The notes under the pieces were generated by a model that saw only the letters and a list, made by a program, of their open reading frames with translations, had not been told where the DNA came from and did not search any database. The position numbers and the translations under genes are program-made. Shown piece after piece: positions 24,201 to 34,318 of a stretch of 64,000 nucleotides of DNA. The first letter of the stretch is position 1, and each line of letters starts with the position of its first letter. Location: contig NC_083233.1 in assembly GCF_032191835.1 (NCBI RefSeq), forward strand, positions 53,444,001 to 53,508,000, written 5' to 3'. Source of the DNA: Heteronotia binoei (taxonomy: Eukaryota).

Positions 24201-25391
24201 TTCTCGCGCCAACTCTCTTTACGATCTTCTTTAGCATGATGCTTCAAAGAGCCGCAGTAGATCTAGATGATGACGATGGTGTATACATCCGCTATCACAC
24301 CGATGGCAGCCTGTTCAACCTGAGGCGACTAAAGGCACACTCCAAGACAATGGAAAAACTCATCCGAGAGCTACTGTTTGCTGATGATGCTGCACTCGTC
24401 TCCCACTCGGTATCAGCTCTGCAGCATATGACGTCCTGCTTTGCAGAGGCTGCCAAGCTATTCGGCCTAGAAGTTAGTCTGAAGAAGACAGAAGTTCTCC
24501 ACCAGCCTGCACCCCAGGAAGATTATCACCCCCCCTGCATCACTGTGGGTGAATCAGTTCTGAAGACAGTCCAGCAGTTCAGCTACCTGGGGTGCATCAT
24601 CTCCTCAGATGCCAAGATCGACAAGGAGATTGACAACAGGCTGGCAAAGGCAAACCGTGCATTTGGCCGACTGCACAAAAGAGTGTGGAGCAACAAGCAT
24701 CTGAAAAAAGGCACAAAGATCAATGTTTACAAAGCGGTTGTGATGACAACCCTCATCTACGGTTCCGAATCGTGGGTTTTATACCGTCATCACCTGCGAC
24801 TCCTTGAGCGCTTTCATCAGCGCTGCCTTCGCACCATCCTCAACATCCACTGGAGTGACTTTGTGACCAACACTGAAGTCCTCAAGCGAGCGGAGGTTAC
24901 CAGCATTGAGGCACTGCTGTTGAAGACGCAGCTGCGCTGGGCAGGGCATATTTCTAGGATGGAAAACCACCGCCTTCCCAAGATTGCCCTGTATGGCGAA
25001 CTCTCCACCGGCCATCGAAATAGAGGGGCACCAAAGAAGAGGTACAAGGACTCCTTGAAGAAATCCCTTAGCACCTGTCACATCAACCATCACCAGTGGT
25101 CTGACCTAGCCTCAGATCGCAAAGCATGGAGGCACACCATCCACCAGGCTGTCTCTTCCTTTGAGAACGCACGCATAGCTGGTCTTGAGGACAAAAGGAG
25201 ATTGAGAAAGAATCGCACTGCTACGGGACCAACCCTAAATCAGACTTTTCCCTGCAGCCGCTGTGGCCAGACCTGCCTGTCCCACATTGGTCTTGTCAGC
25301 CACCAGCGAGCCTGCAGCAAACGTGGACTATTGCACCCTTCTTAAATCTTCGTTCGCGAAGCCAAGCCGAGAGAGAGAGAGAGAGAGAGAG
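21287..25391 (+). mobile_element. Full-length RTE-clade non-LTR retrotransposon in FEL-B intron 3
   Basis: 12-bp TSD acaactttacat (21275-21286 / 25392-25403), about 760-nt 5' region, single long ORF, short 3' UTR ending in a (GA)n tail. Confidence 0.96.
22121..25345 (+). CDS. RTE ORF: AP endonuclease + reverse transcriptase + C-terminal Cys/His finger
   Basis: 1074 aa with no stop; ALSE, LGDFNA, IDYILV and TDH (APE); QCGFR, FVDLTKAFD, GVKQG and LFADD (RT); C-terminal CxxC-x12-H-x3-C. Confidence 0.96.
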   Translation: MQRLKLACWNIRTMLDTVGSGRPERRSALVAHELLRLNIDIAALSEVRFPEEGSLQEHGAGYTLYWSGKSKAESRLSGVGFMVRNSIASKLENLPTGHSDRIMSMRLPLQNKQHATLFSVYAPTLQADPAEKNKFYADLRNLVRKTPTEDKVIILGDFNARVGKDSEAWKGVLGKHGIGNCNDNGRLLLEFCMEHQLTITNTIFQQKNSLKTTWMHPRSKHWHLIDYILVRQRDLRDVLHTRVMPSAECHTDHRLVRCSLRLHFKPTPRRGGIPRRKFQVGSLQSAEVKAAFQAKLQSRIEDPSCPTDPSPEALWEHLKTAVLQISEEVLGFSTRKNKDWFDENNQEIQELLAKKRSAYQAHLAQPSCPGKKATFRAACSNLQRKLRDIQNEWWTKLAERTQLCADTGDLRGFYEALKAVYGPSYQAQSPLHSADGQVLLTDKASILNRWSEYFQVLFSANRVVQDSAIHLTPLQPVKTELDEIPTLEETVKAIKQLKSGKAAGVDGIPPEIWKHGGTVLHSSLHKVLVTCWEQGKLPQDFHDAIIITLHKNKGEKSDCSNYRGITLLSIAGKILARILLNRLVPTIAEELLPESQCGFRANRSTTDMVFVLRQLQEKCREQNKALYVTFVDLTKAFDTVSRKGLWQILERLGCPPRFLSMIIQLHEDQRGQVRHCNDLSEPFPIGTGVKQGCVLAPTLFTIFFSMMLQRAAVDLDDDDGVYIRYHTDGSLFNLRRLKAHSKTMEKLIRELLFADDAALVSHSVSALQHMTSCFAEAAKLFGLEVSLKKTEVLHQPAPQEDYHPPCITVGESVLKTVQQFSYLGCIISSDAKIDKEIDNRLAKANRAFGRLHKRVWSNKHLKKGTKINVYKAVVMTTLIYGSESWVLYRHHLRLLERFHQRCLRTILNIHWSDFVTNTEVLKRAEVTSIEALLLKTQLRWAGHISRMENHRLPKIALYGELSTGHRNRGAPKKRYKDSLKKSLSTCHINHHQWSDLASDRKAWRHTIHQAVSSFENARIAGLEDKRRLRKNRTATGPTLNQTFPCSRCGQTCLSHIGLVSHQRACSKRGLLHPS

Positions 25392-26713
25392 ACAACTTTA
25401 CATACAACAGATTTATATGACTCATAAAGATACTAAACATGGTAGCTTGTATATCACAATGTTTGTTCTTTGTATTGCCTCAATAATGAACTGTAATCCC
25501 CAGGTGGGAGCAGGGCATCTCTCGGTTTGGAGGCCCTCCCCTTGCTTCAGTCATCAGAAAGTGCAGGGGGCAGGGAAATGTCTGCTGGGTATTCCATTAT
25601 TCCCTATGGAGACCGATTGCCATATGATATAATGGAGAATTGATCCGCAAGTATCTGGGACTCTTGGGGGGGGGGCGTTTCTTGAGGTAGTGGCACCAAA
25701 TTTGCAGCATAGCATCCGATGTCTCTCCTCTGAACATTCTCCAAGTTTCAAAAGGATTGGACCAGGGGGTCCAATTCTATGAGCCCCAAAAAACAATGCC
25801 CCTATCCATTATTTCTAATGGAGGGAAAGCATTTAAAAGGTGTGTGGTCCCTTAAAATGTGATGGCCAGAACTTCCTTTGGGGTTCAGTTATGCTTGTCA
25901 TAATCTTGCTCCTGGCTCCACCCGCAGTGTCTCCAGATATTTCTTTAATTGGACCTGGCAACCTTACAGCAAGGAAAAAGCCAGCATGTTATATGGGTTA
26001 GAGTGCTGGCCTAAGATCTGAACCCCTAGGCTGCCATGGAAGTTCAATGGGTGATCTTGGTCCAGTCACACACTCCTTCAGCCTCACCTAGCTCACAGGG
26101 TTGCTATTGTGAAGATAAAATGGAGGCCTGGAAAATGATGTTGTAAGACTTTTTGGGTCATAACGAGGGAAGGAAGCAGGATATTCATGAATAAGGCTGC
26201 TAGATCATTTCCCCTGAGACCATTTTCCCATCTAAAATAACAAATTGAAGAGAAAAGACATGGCAGCTGTATATATTTATATCTGAATATTCTTTGAGAG
26301 GGCAAAAGGATCTAGGAGAGATTTTGAGCAGAATAGCCAGGGTAAAGGTTACGTAGCAACCCTGGACTCATTCTCCCTCCAGTTATTTGCAGTTTTTACA
26401 AATAAATCATGGGAGGAAAGTTATCTGCAATTAAATGTAATATGTGGCTTCAATCCACTGAAAACACCTATCTGGAAGCAGGAGCCGCTTCAGACATTCA
26501 GCCTTGTTTGGGTCACTTTTGCATCAGATTGATCCATTTGGGGTGAAGATTTGCATCTCTAGCAATTTTTTCTTTTCTATTGGCTTCTGCACATGTGTCT
26601 TTAACCAATAGGTAAAGCAACAGTGAATTAGGTCCATTTATCAAATTAACCTCAAGGATGCTCATTTTCATACAGAGCTAAATGAACACCTGTCTTATTA
26701 CCTTTTCTTCCAG

Positions 26714-26858
26714 GGAAGGAATCACCAAAGGCAATCCTATTGGAACTTCTTGGTCACTAGTAGACAAAAAAAATGGGAAAGCTAAGCATGTGTCCTATGA
26801 CCTGGACCGGATGTGGGTTGTCACTTCAGAAGGGAACATATTCAAATGCAAAGTATGA
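26714..26858 (+). CDS. FEL-B exon 4, terminal (REGITKGNPIGTSWSLVDKKNGKAKHVSYDLDRMWVVTSEGNIFKCKV*)
   Basis: ttttcttccag| acceptor, 145 nt as in FEL-A, TGA at 26856-26858, KHVSYDL motif. Confidence 0.93.
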
Positions 26859-27524
26859 CTTGACCTTTACTGAGTAATAAGTATTATTGGCTACACCATC
26901 GGAAGACATGTTGAGAAGGACACCAAGAAATTTAAAGTAGTAGCAGATTGATTCAGTCAATGTTTTCTCTCACACCCTTCTCTTTTTCTATAAAACTCTC
27001 CCCTTCACTGCTTTTTAATGAGAAGTTTGAAATTAAAATTAAATTGATCAACTTGACTCTTTGGTTATGTAAGTGTACCTTCCTTCATATGAGAAAACAT
27101 GTTCCTTTTTAAGAAGCAACCCAGGTTTCTTACCTAGTACACACAACAGGAAAATGAAGCCACCTGGCACTTCTGAATGTACCTCTCTGAAAGCAGTATT
27201 TCTCATTACTGTTTTTATTCACACTTTGAATTAAGTATATATGCATATACATAGCTACAAAACATGAGGCATAAATGAGGTTTAAGGCTGTATATGTGTT
27301 TAGAAAAAATTGCGGCGCTGAAAATTGTAAGGCTCGGACAAGGAAGAAGGAATTACGGAGCATAAATGGGTCTACTTTATAAGAGTTGAAATTAGAATTA
27401 CACAGACAACAGTCAAAACACAGTAAATTAGCTTATGTAGGGTTACAGAGGTATAAAGTATCACACCATCAAAATGTATTTGTAACAAAGAGTAATAACA
27501 TTTCACAGCCTAAAAGTTAAGTTT

Positions 27525-29510
27525 AATATACTGTATGGTCAAAGACCAGCATAGATAAAATACTACAAAGTTATTGATAAAAAACAGAATTTAAAAAAGG
27601 CAATAATATAAATAGACAATAATATAGTCGTTATTTTCATCAACCCTGATAACGAAAGCAACTGACAGATTTTATAGGCTGTTGCACAAAATTTTGCAAC
27701 TGAGGCTGTAGTTGTTGGGTTTCTGTCTTCTAGAAGTAGCCTATCATACTCCAGATTCGTTCTTCCAGGTATTCTGTTAATCAAAGGGGTGATGGTTTTA
27801 GTGTAAGCATCTTGATAGAAGGGACAACACAGAAGAATGTGATTTAGTTTCAATTTCTCCTTCATTGAAGGGGCAAAACCTTTTCCCATAGGGAATTCTA
27901 TTTAATCGCCCATCTAAAACAGCGGAGGGAAGTGTAGCACACCTTGCAAGTGTAAAGGCTCTCCTGTGACTATGCATCTTCAAGAGGGACAGATAGGCAG
28001 CCAGCTTTATATATATACGGTGTTCATAGAGGACAAGAAAGTGGGGACCCTCCCTAAATCAAACTGGTGTTCAGTGTTCAATATCCTTTCTTTTATAGCC
28101 TGTTTTGCCTGGTCAAAACCTATTCTTAAAACTATGGAAGGTGAAAAGCTTAGACTCGCAAATTTACAAAGGACTGTCTTAAGCCATGCAGACTGATGTT
28201 CACCTAGAAGTAGTGGGGTCAAGCCTTAATGAAAATAGCTGATCTTAAGCCAATAATTTAGGGAGGCAAGGCACATCTTAGCTTCCACTCTGACAGTGCC
28301 AGTCTCCAGGTGTAGCAATGCATTTGGCACACAACTGGGAACTTGTAGTGCAGCTCCTAGGAACTTTGATTGAACACGTTCAAGGGTGGCAAAAGAAGAT
28401 AATGTTGCCCCTATCATAGTTCCGCATAAAAGTTAGTCCAAGGTTTTGGCTTCAAAGAGTTTTAGGGCAGCTGGAATGTCATGTCTGTCCTTAGTCTGAA
28501 GAAATCCAAGTACATTATGAGCCAACTTTTGCCCAATATCTGTTTCATGAGCAGTGTGTGTGTGTGTTTTAACCAGAGGCATGGAATGCTGTACCAAGGT
28601 ATTTCAAGGTCTGCACTTGTTCAATCAAGTGGCCATTGATGGTCCAGGTTCTAGACTTCTGTTTCTTACTGAAAACCGTTATTTTTGTTTTTTGATAGTT
28701 TATGGCAAGAAAGTTTTCTTTGCAAAGCTGTACTAAAGCCTTTAGACTCTTCTGAGCCCAACTGGGGTCCTTGACAGAATGGCTGCATCATCTGCATAGA
28801 GTAATATAGAAATCTGATGATGCTGTAGTTTTGGAGGATGGAAAGCCTGGTCTCTTGAAGATTTGACCAGGTCATTAATATAAAAGTTGAAGGCAGCCAG
28901 TGCTAAAATACAGCCATTTCACACCTCTCAAAGTGGAAACAGCATTTGAAAAATGTCCCTTTTGCTGCACCTGACCCTTAGAGAGGTATTTTCATGGATC
29001 AGAAAAAGTAGCCTGCTTTGATCGATATTGGTAGCCTCCAACTTATCTCAGAGCTGAGTTCTGGAAATAGAGTCAAATGCCACCTTTAAATCAATGAAGG
29101 CGACATATAAAGACACTGCTCTTGTTGAAGAGTATTTCTCTATGAGGTGCTGGAGGATCATACAATGATCTATAGCACATCTATCTTCTCTGAATCCCGC
29201 TTGTTCATCAGCAATCAATTTTTCCTGATCAAGCCAAATTTCAAATTTATCAAGGTGAGATGCATATAGTTTACTGATAATACAAAGCAAATTGATTGGC
29301 CTGTGATTTGCTGAATCATGCATTCTCCCTTTTTTATAGAGGGGAACAATAATTGCCAATTCCCAGTCCTCAGGAATATGACCAGTTTGGTCGATGTAAG
29401 TAAAAAGGGATACCAGCTGGGGGGCTCACCAACTGACATTACACTTTAGGAATTCAGGAGGAATAAAATCAGTTCCAGGTACTTGGCCAGCCTTCCATTG
29501 ACCAGCCTGC
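27525..29510 (-). mobile_element. Degenerate 5'-truncated non-LTR retrotransposon (probably RTE-X-like)
   Basis: RT fragments AIIVPLYKKG...EQAGFR...VAFIDLKVAFDSISR and C-terminal RRAFTLARC...RIPYGKRFCP...HILLCCPFY across frameshifts; clade tentative. Confidence 0.75.
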
Positions 29511-31381
29511 AGGGAAGGAGCTTGTAGGGGCTGTGACAAGCTACTTAGACTCCTCCTTAGCTCAGCATCAAAAAGAATGGGGTCAGGTCTGCTCTTCTCT
29601 CCGGACCAGCAGCTCAGATCAAAAGAGTGCAGTCAAATGGGAAGAAGAGGACCAGGTGAGTCTCAGCTTCCTCTCATCCCCACCTGGATGAAGGAATGAT
29701 TAACATTCTCCTCTAGAGAGGAAGAAGTGGATGTGGGTAAAAGGCCAAGTCTCTGTCCCTTTACACCTAAGTCAAAGGTGGCTGGACTTTCCTCTATGCT
29801 GCTAATGCTGGATCACCTCATAGTAATTCTTGAACAAAGCAGATATTATATAAACAAAAAAGGGCTTCTCAAAGAAGAAAAAAATCCCTCTAGGGCAGAG
29901 GGGAGAAATGAACACTGGCAGGGATTGAAATAAGAAAAACTGTATCACTATGGGTGAAAAATGCATCTTTCCACCTGCATGGCCCCCAAAGTACTTTGGC
30001 TTCAATCTTTCCCAAAAGATCATACCAAACCAAGTTTTGCAAGATTGAAGCAAAGTGGGGGACAACATGGAAACATGATGTGGACAGCATTATGTGGATG
30101 TGCCTGAAAACAACTTTCTAGTAAGGAAGTTTCTTTCTCAATGCCTACTACCTGTGATAATTTCCTTGTGTTGCCTGGATTGAATTATTTTGTAAAACTC
30201 TGCAACTTGGACTACTTATGTGCTGTAAAGATTGCAGAAATGTCTTTCTTAGAGTAGTATTTGAAAGCTGGCATGTAGCAGCAGTTACAGTGTTGGACTA
30301 GGACCTGGAACAACTGGATTCCAATCCTTGCTGTTCCATGGAAACTTGCTGGGTAACTCTAGAGCTTGTTAGTTTCTCAGCCTAATCTATTTCACACAAA
30401 GTTTGAGTCCAGTGGCACCTTTAAGACCAACAAAGTTCTTTTTCCTGGGCACGTTTCCATTTTCCATGCAGCTTAATGTAGGGCCTTCCATTAAGATATA
30501 TTCAGGTGAGTAGCTATGTTGGTCTGAAACAGCAGAACAAAGTTTGAGTCCAGCTACACCTTTAAGACCAACAAAGATCAGAATAAAACTCTGTTGGTCT
30601 TAAAGGTGCTGCTGGACTCAAACTTTGTTCTGTTGCTTCAGACCAGCACAGCTGCCCACCTGAGTCTACTTCACATGGCTGTTGCTGAGAGGAGAAGGAA
30701 GAGTTCAGAGAACTTCCTGTAGAACACATTATGTTATTTGGATTGGTTTTAATACAAGGCACTATGTGGCTTCTGTTTTCAGAGTTAAGGTTGTATCTGC
30801 TTAAGTTGCTCTGAGAATTGGGTAGCAACAACTACCTTGTAAGCTCATGTCTACTATGCAGGGATAAAACATTCACTTTGGCTAAAGAAACTACGGCATA
30901 TGAATGTGTTGTCTTTTTAAAAGTAAACCATCAATCAGACACAGTTTGAGCCAGAATTTCAGCACATGCCACATGCCAAGATACTTTTCTTCATGATCCA
31001 ATGATTTGTGGGCTGGGCTTTGATCTGTAAGACCTCAGTTCCAGTTTCCCCTTGGCCATGGCTCACCTTGAACACCATGTTCTCAAGAGTCTCTTTTTAC
31101 GAGCTCCAATAAAAATTAACAGCAGACTGCTGGGTTATGAAGACCATAAAGGCTGTAAAGCCTCCTGAACATGAAAAATTGCAAGCAAATGATTCCATTC
31201 AAGTTGCAAAACAACAACAAAAAGAAGCTTGCATTGCCTGATGGTAGTAAAGCCTTTGGTATAACTTCCATACCCTTTCTCCTAACGAGGGACACCAACA
31301 AGAAGGCATGGGAGGGATCACCATTATTTTACTCAGTGTGAGGTGGAGCCATAGCCCACTACCCTACCCTAACACAAGTAC

Positions 31382-31624
31382 TTATTTTGTCTTCAGGATG
31401 GATTTCTGTAGTTGGGCAGAAGACTTATGAGCATTCAGCAGCAATAAGCTTGTTGGAAGAACGTCCTGCATGGCTCGCTGGTCAATCTTCTCCAGCATTC
31501 TCTGGTATCGACTATACTGCTTCTTCCATCGATTCACCTTGGTCTTCTGGTCATGCAAAAACTTCTTCTTCATATGTTCACAGTAACTGCCAACTTTTTT
31601 TTTGCTGTTGTCCAAGTGCCTTAG
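31382..31624 (-). CDS. C5orf52: C5orf52 homologue, exon 3, terminal (LRHLDNSKKKVGSYCEHMKKKFLHDQKTKVNRW...ILKTK*)
   Basis: tgtttgtttttaag| acceptor, phase 0; matches human [26 protein letters not shown]; joined CDS 429 nt = 142 aa. Confidence 0.88.
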   Translation of the reverse strand, partial: LRHLDNSKKKVGSYCEHMKKKFLHDQKTKVNRWKKQYSRYQRMLEKIDQRAMQDVLPTSLLLLNAHKSSAQLQKSILKTK

Positions 31625-32115
31625 CTTAAAAACAAACAAACACAGCCACAGAGGAAATAGTAATATACAAGGTTTATATAAGGAAAAGTGGGAACTTGCA
31701 AGGACTTGAAAAGACATCTCATTTTCCTGTCCTCCACTATTTCCTGTTTCCCTTTTCTGAAAGCCCTATAGCCTCTCCTTTTCCTGCTTGCTTATCTTCT
31801 TCGAGGGTTGCCATCCTCCAGGTAGGGCCTGATGATGTCCTGGAATCACAACAATTCTCCCAACTACAGAATCACAACAATTCTCCCCCATCAGGACTCC
31901 CAGCTCTAGGCTGGGAAATTCCTGGAGATTTGGGGGGTGGAACTTTGAGATGGTTGGGTTTGGGGAGGAAACAACCTCAAGAGGGAATAATGGCATACTG
32001 CAAAACAGTCTTTTGTGCAGTATGCTGAGTTCATACTGCAAAACAGCCTTTTCTCCAGATGGAGATCTCCAGTCCCTACCTGGAGGTTGATAGCCTGGAG
32101 AAAATGCAGTTACAA

Positions 32116-32580
32116 ACTTCAATTCAATGTTATAATGCATATCAATACATATATGCCAATTGATTCCAATTAATAAAGACACATTAAAGAACAAGAAATC
32201 TATGCATGATGCTTCATAGATTAATTCACACAATCATTTGTTCCAAAAAAGGAGAGACAGAGTTCACAAAACTGAAGAGCGAAGCTCTGAGGTGTGCGAA
32301 ATGTCACTGGTCAATTTCTTCCATAGCTGATGTAAATTCTCCAAAGAAAGTTGATCGTGACACACTTCCGGTAAATATTTGTGTTTCAGACACCCTTCGT
32401 CTTACAATTATTTATCCTGGAACCTATGCTCATTGAATACTTGCGCGTGAGTCTATTCAATTTCACCAAGGCATCAACAGAAATGTGTCACGATCAACTT
32501 TCTTTGGAGAATTTACATTGCCTGTGACTTTATGAATTGGAATCAAATGGCATATATACATTATAATATTGCATTGAAGT
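32116..32580. repeat. Long asymmetric inverted-repeat element (MITE/foldback-like) in C5orf52 intron 2
   Basis: Perfect 35-bp IR (32330-32364 / 32484-32518) plus imperfect outer arms of about 60 bp. Confidence 0.8.
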
Positions 32581-33826
32581 GCAAAACTGTATTTGAGTGT
32601 TGAATTTTTGTACAGGTTATCAACCTCACTGTTTCCCATTGGTTTGCCCTACCTGGAGGTTGGCAACCACAGTCCCCTTGAGGAACAGCTGCTCTGGAGG
32701 ATGGAGTCCATGGTATTAAACTCCTCTGAGAACCCTTCCCTTCCCAAACCCCACCCTCCCCAGGCTACACTCCCTGAATCTCTAGGAATTCCCTAACCTA
32801 GACTTGGCAACCCTATCTTCTTTCTACCCAAAAGCCAACCTACCTATCTGCCCCATCCCCCCCCACCTGCAGCTTCTACCTAAGAAACTTAAGGCTCGGT
32901 TGTGTGGTGCTGGCTGTCAGCCAGGCCCACTAGATGGTAGGAATCCTCAAGGACTTGTGGGGTGGCACCTCATTTTCTGTATCCCTCTCCCCACACTCTT
33001 TACTCTTCCATGGGCAACCCCATGTCCTCTCCCCTTTCTCTGCCTTATTCTCTCCTTCTCAGCCATTTACCATCTGCCTTTCATCTGCCTCCCATCTTCA
33101 GCTATACTTATTATGTATTTACTTCATTTGTATCCAATGCAGTTCACATTATTCCCCTCTCCTCCTTTTTATCTGCACAACAACCCTATGAGGCAGATTA
33201 GGCTGAAAGTATGTGTCTGCTCCGAAATCCCCAACTCAGCTTGTGAAGCAATACAGGAATCTGGTCTCCCAGGCCCTACACTGAAGCTCTAACTGCTACA
33301 ACACAGTGGAATTCATAGGGTGGCTGCTGTTGAACCCTAGTAGTTGGGTGGTATAAAGTCATCAGAAGTTGCTTCCAGGCCAAGGGTTTCCAACCTCTAG
33401 GTGGGATCTAAAGATCTCCCAGAATTACACCTGAACTCTACATGCAGAGATTGGCTCTCCTGGAGAAAATGACTGCTTTGGAGGGAGGACTATGGCATAA
33501 TATCCAGCTGAGGCCTCTTCCCTTCCACAAATGTTGCCCTCCTCAGCCCACCACAAATCTCCAGGAAATCCCCATGTTGGAGTTGGCAATCATAGCCAGG
33601 CCAGGTCCTAATGCATCCTCCCACAAAAGCCAAAATATGCCTGGAAAGCACTCTGCCTTCTCCCCTTGCCTTTTTGTTCTCATAAACCCAGCCTGGAATA
33701 CTGTGGTTGCCTACCACCAACCACTGACGGAATCCCCTGCTTAAAGGTACAACGCTCCTTTTATCATTTTTGGCTTTCACAGCAAGGGCCAACTTGGGGT
33801 TGGGGAGGTTCAAATGCAAACCTTAC

Positions 33827-33935
33827 CTTAATTTCTTGCACTCGCTGAACACTAGTGTTGTCACGAATTATCACATTAGAAACATGGCTCTTGGGTAAAA
33901 ACCTCCGTATAACTGCCTCACTGCCCGCGAGCAAG
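33827..33935 (-). CDS. C5orf52: C5orf52 homologue, exon 2 (SLLAGSEAVIRRFLPKSHVSNVIIRDNTSVQRVQEIK)
   Basis: tttctcctatgcag| acceptor, AAG|gtaagg donor, 109 nt phase 2-0; matches human [30 protein letters not shown]. Confidence 0.9.
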
Positions 33936-34114
33936 CTGCATAGGAGAAAGCAAGCTTGTTTCAAAGTATGCCCCAATTCCCTCTACAACCAGTGTCACCA
34001 GATCTTAGCGACGTTCATCTTTATGGTGGTTTCCTACATGGGAACAGGCTTGTGTGGTTCCCGAAAAAGAGAAAAGGGGGGACACACTGTAAAATACATA
34101 AGTCCATCAGAAAA

Positions 34115-34318
34115 AACTACAGCTACCATGCAAACCATATACAAATTAATAAATCATAATCATTTCATAATACAATACATAGTCGGTAAAGTGCAAAATC
34201 ATATAGTGTAAGAAGAGACAACACGTATGATTTTGTATTTTATGGACCATGTATTGTATTATTAGTTATGATTACAAGTTATTAATTTGTATATGGTTTG
34301 CACAGTGGTTGTGTAGTT
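34115..34318. repeat. AT-rich 204-bp hairpin in C5orf52 intron 1
   Basis: Arms of about 95 bp, 11-nt loop, perfect 24-bp core (34129-34152 / 34279-34302). Confidence 0.85.

Noticed and set aside
21287-25391. Calling the RTE element BovB
   Set aside because: The N-terminus (LKLACWNIRTML...RPERRSALV), C-terminal Cys/His finger and (GA)n tail fit other RTE-1-type families better; family left unassigned pending a database search.
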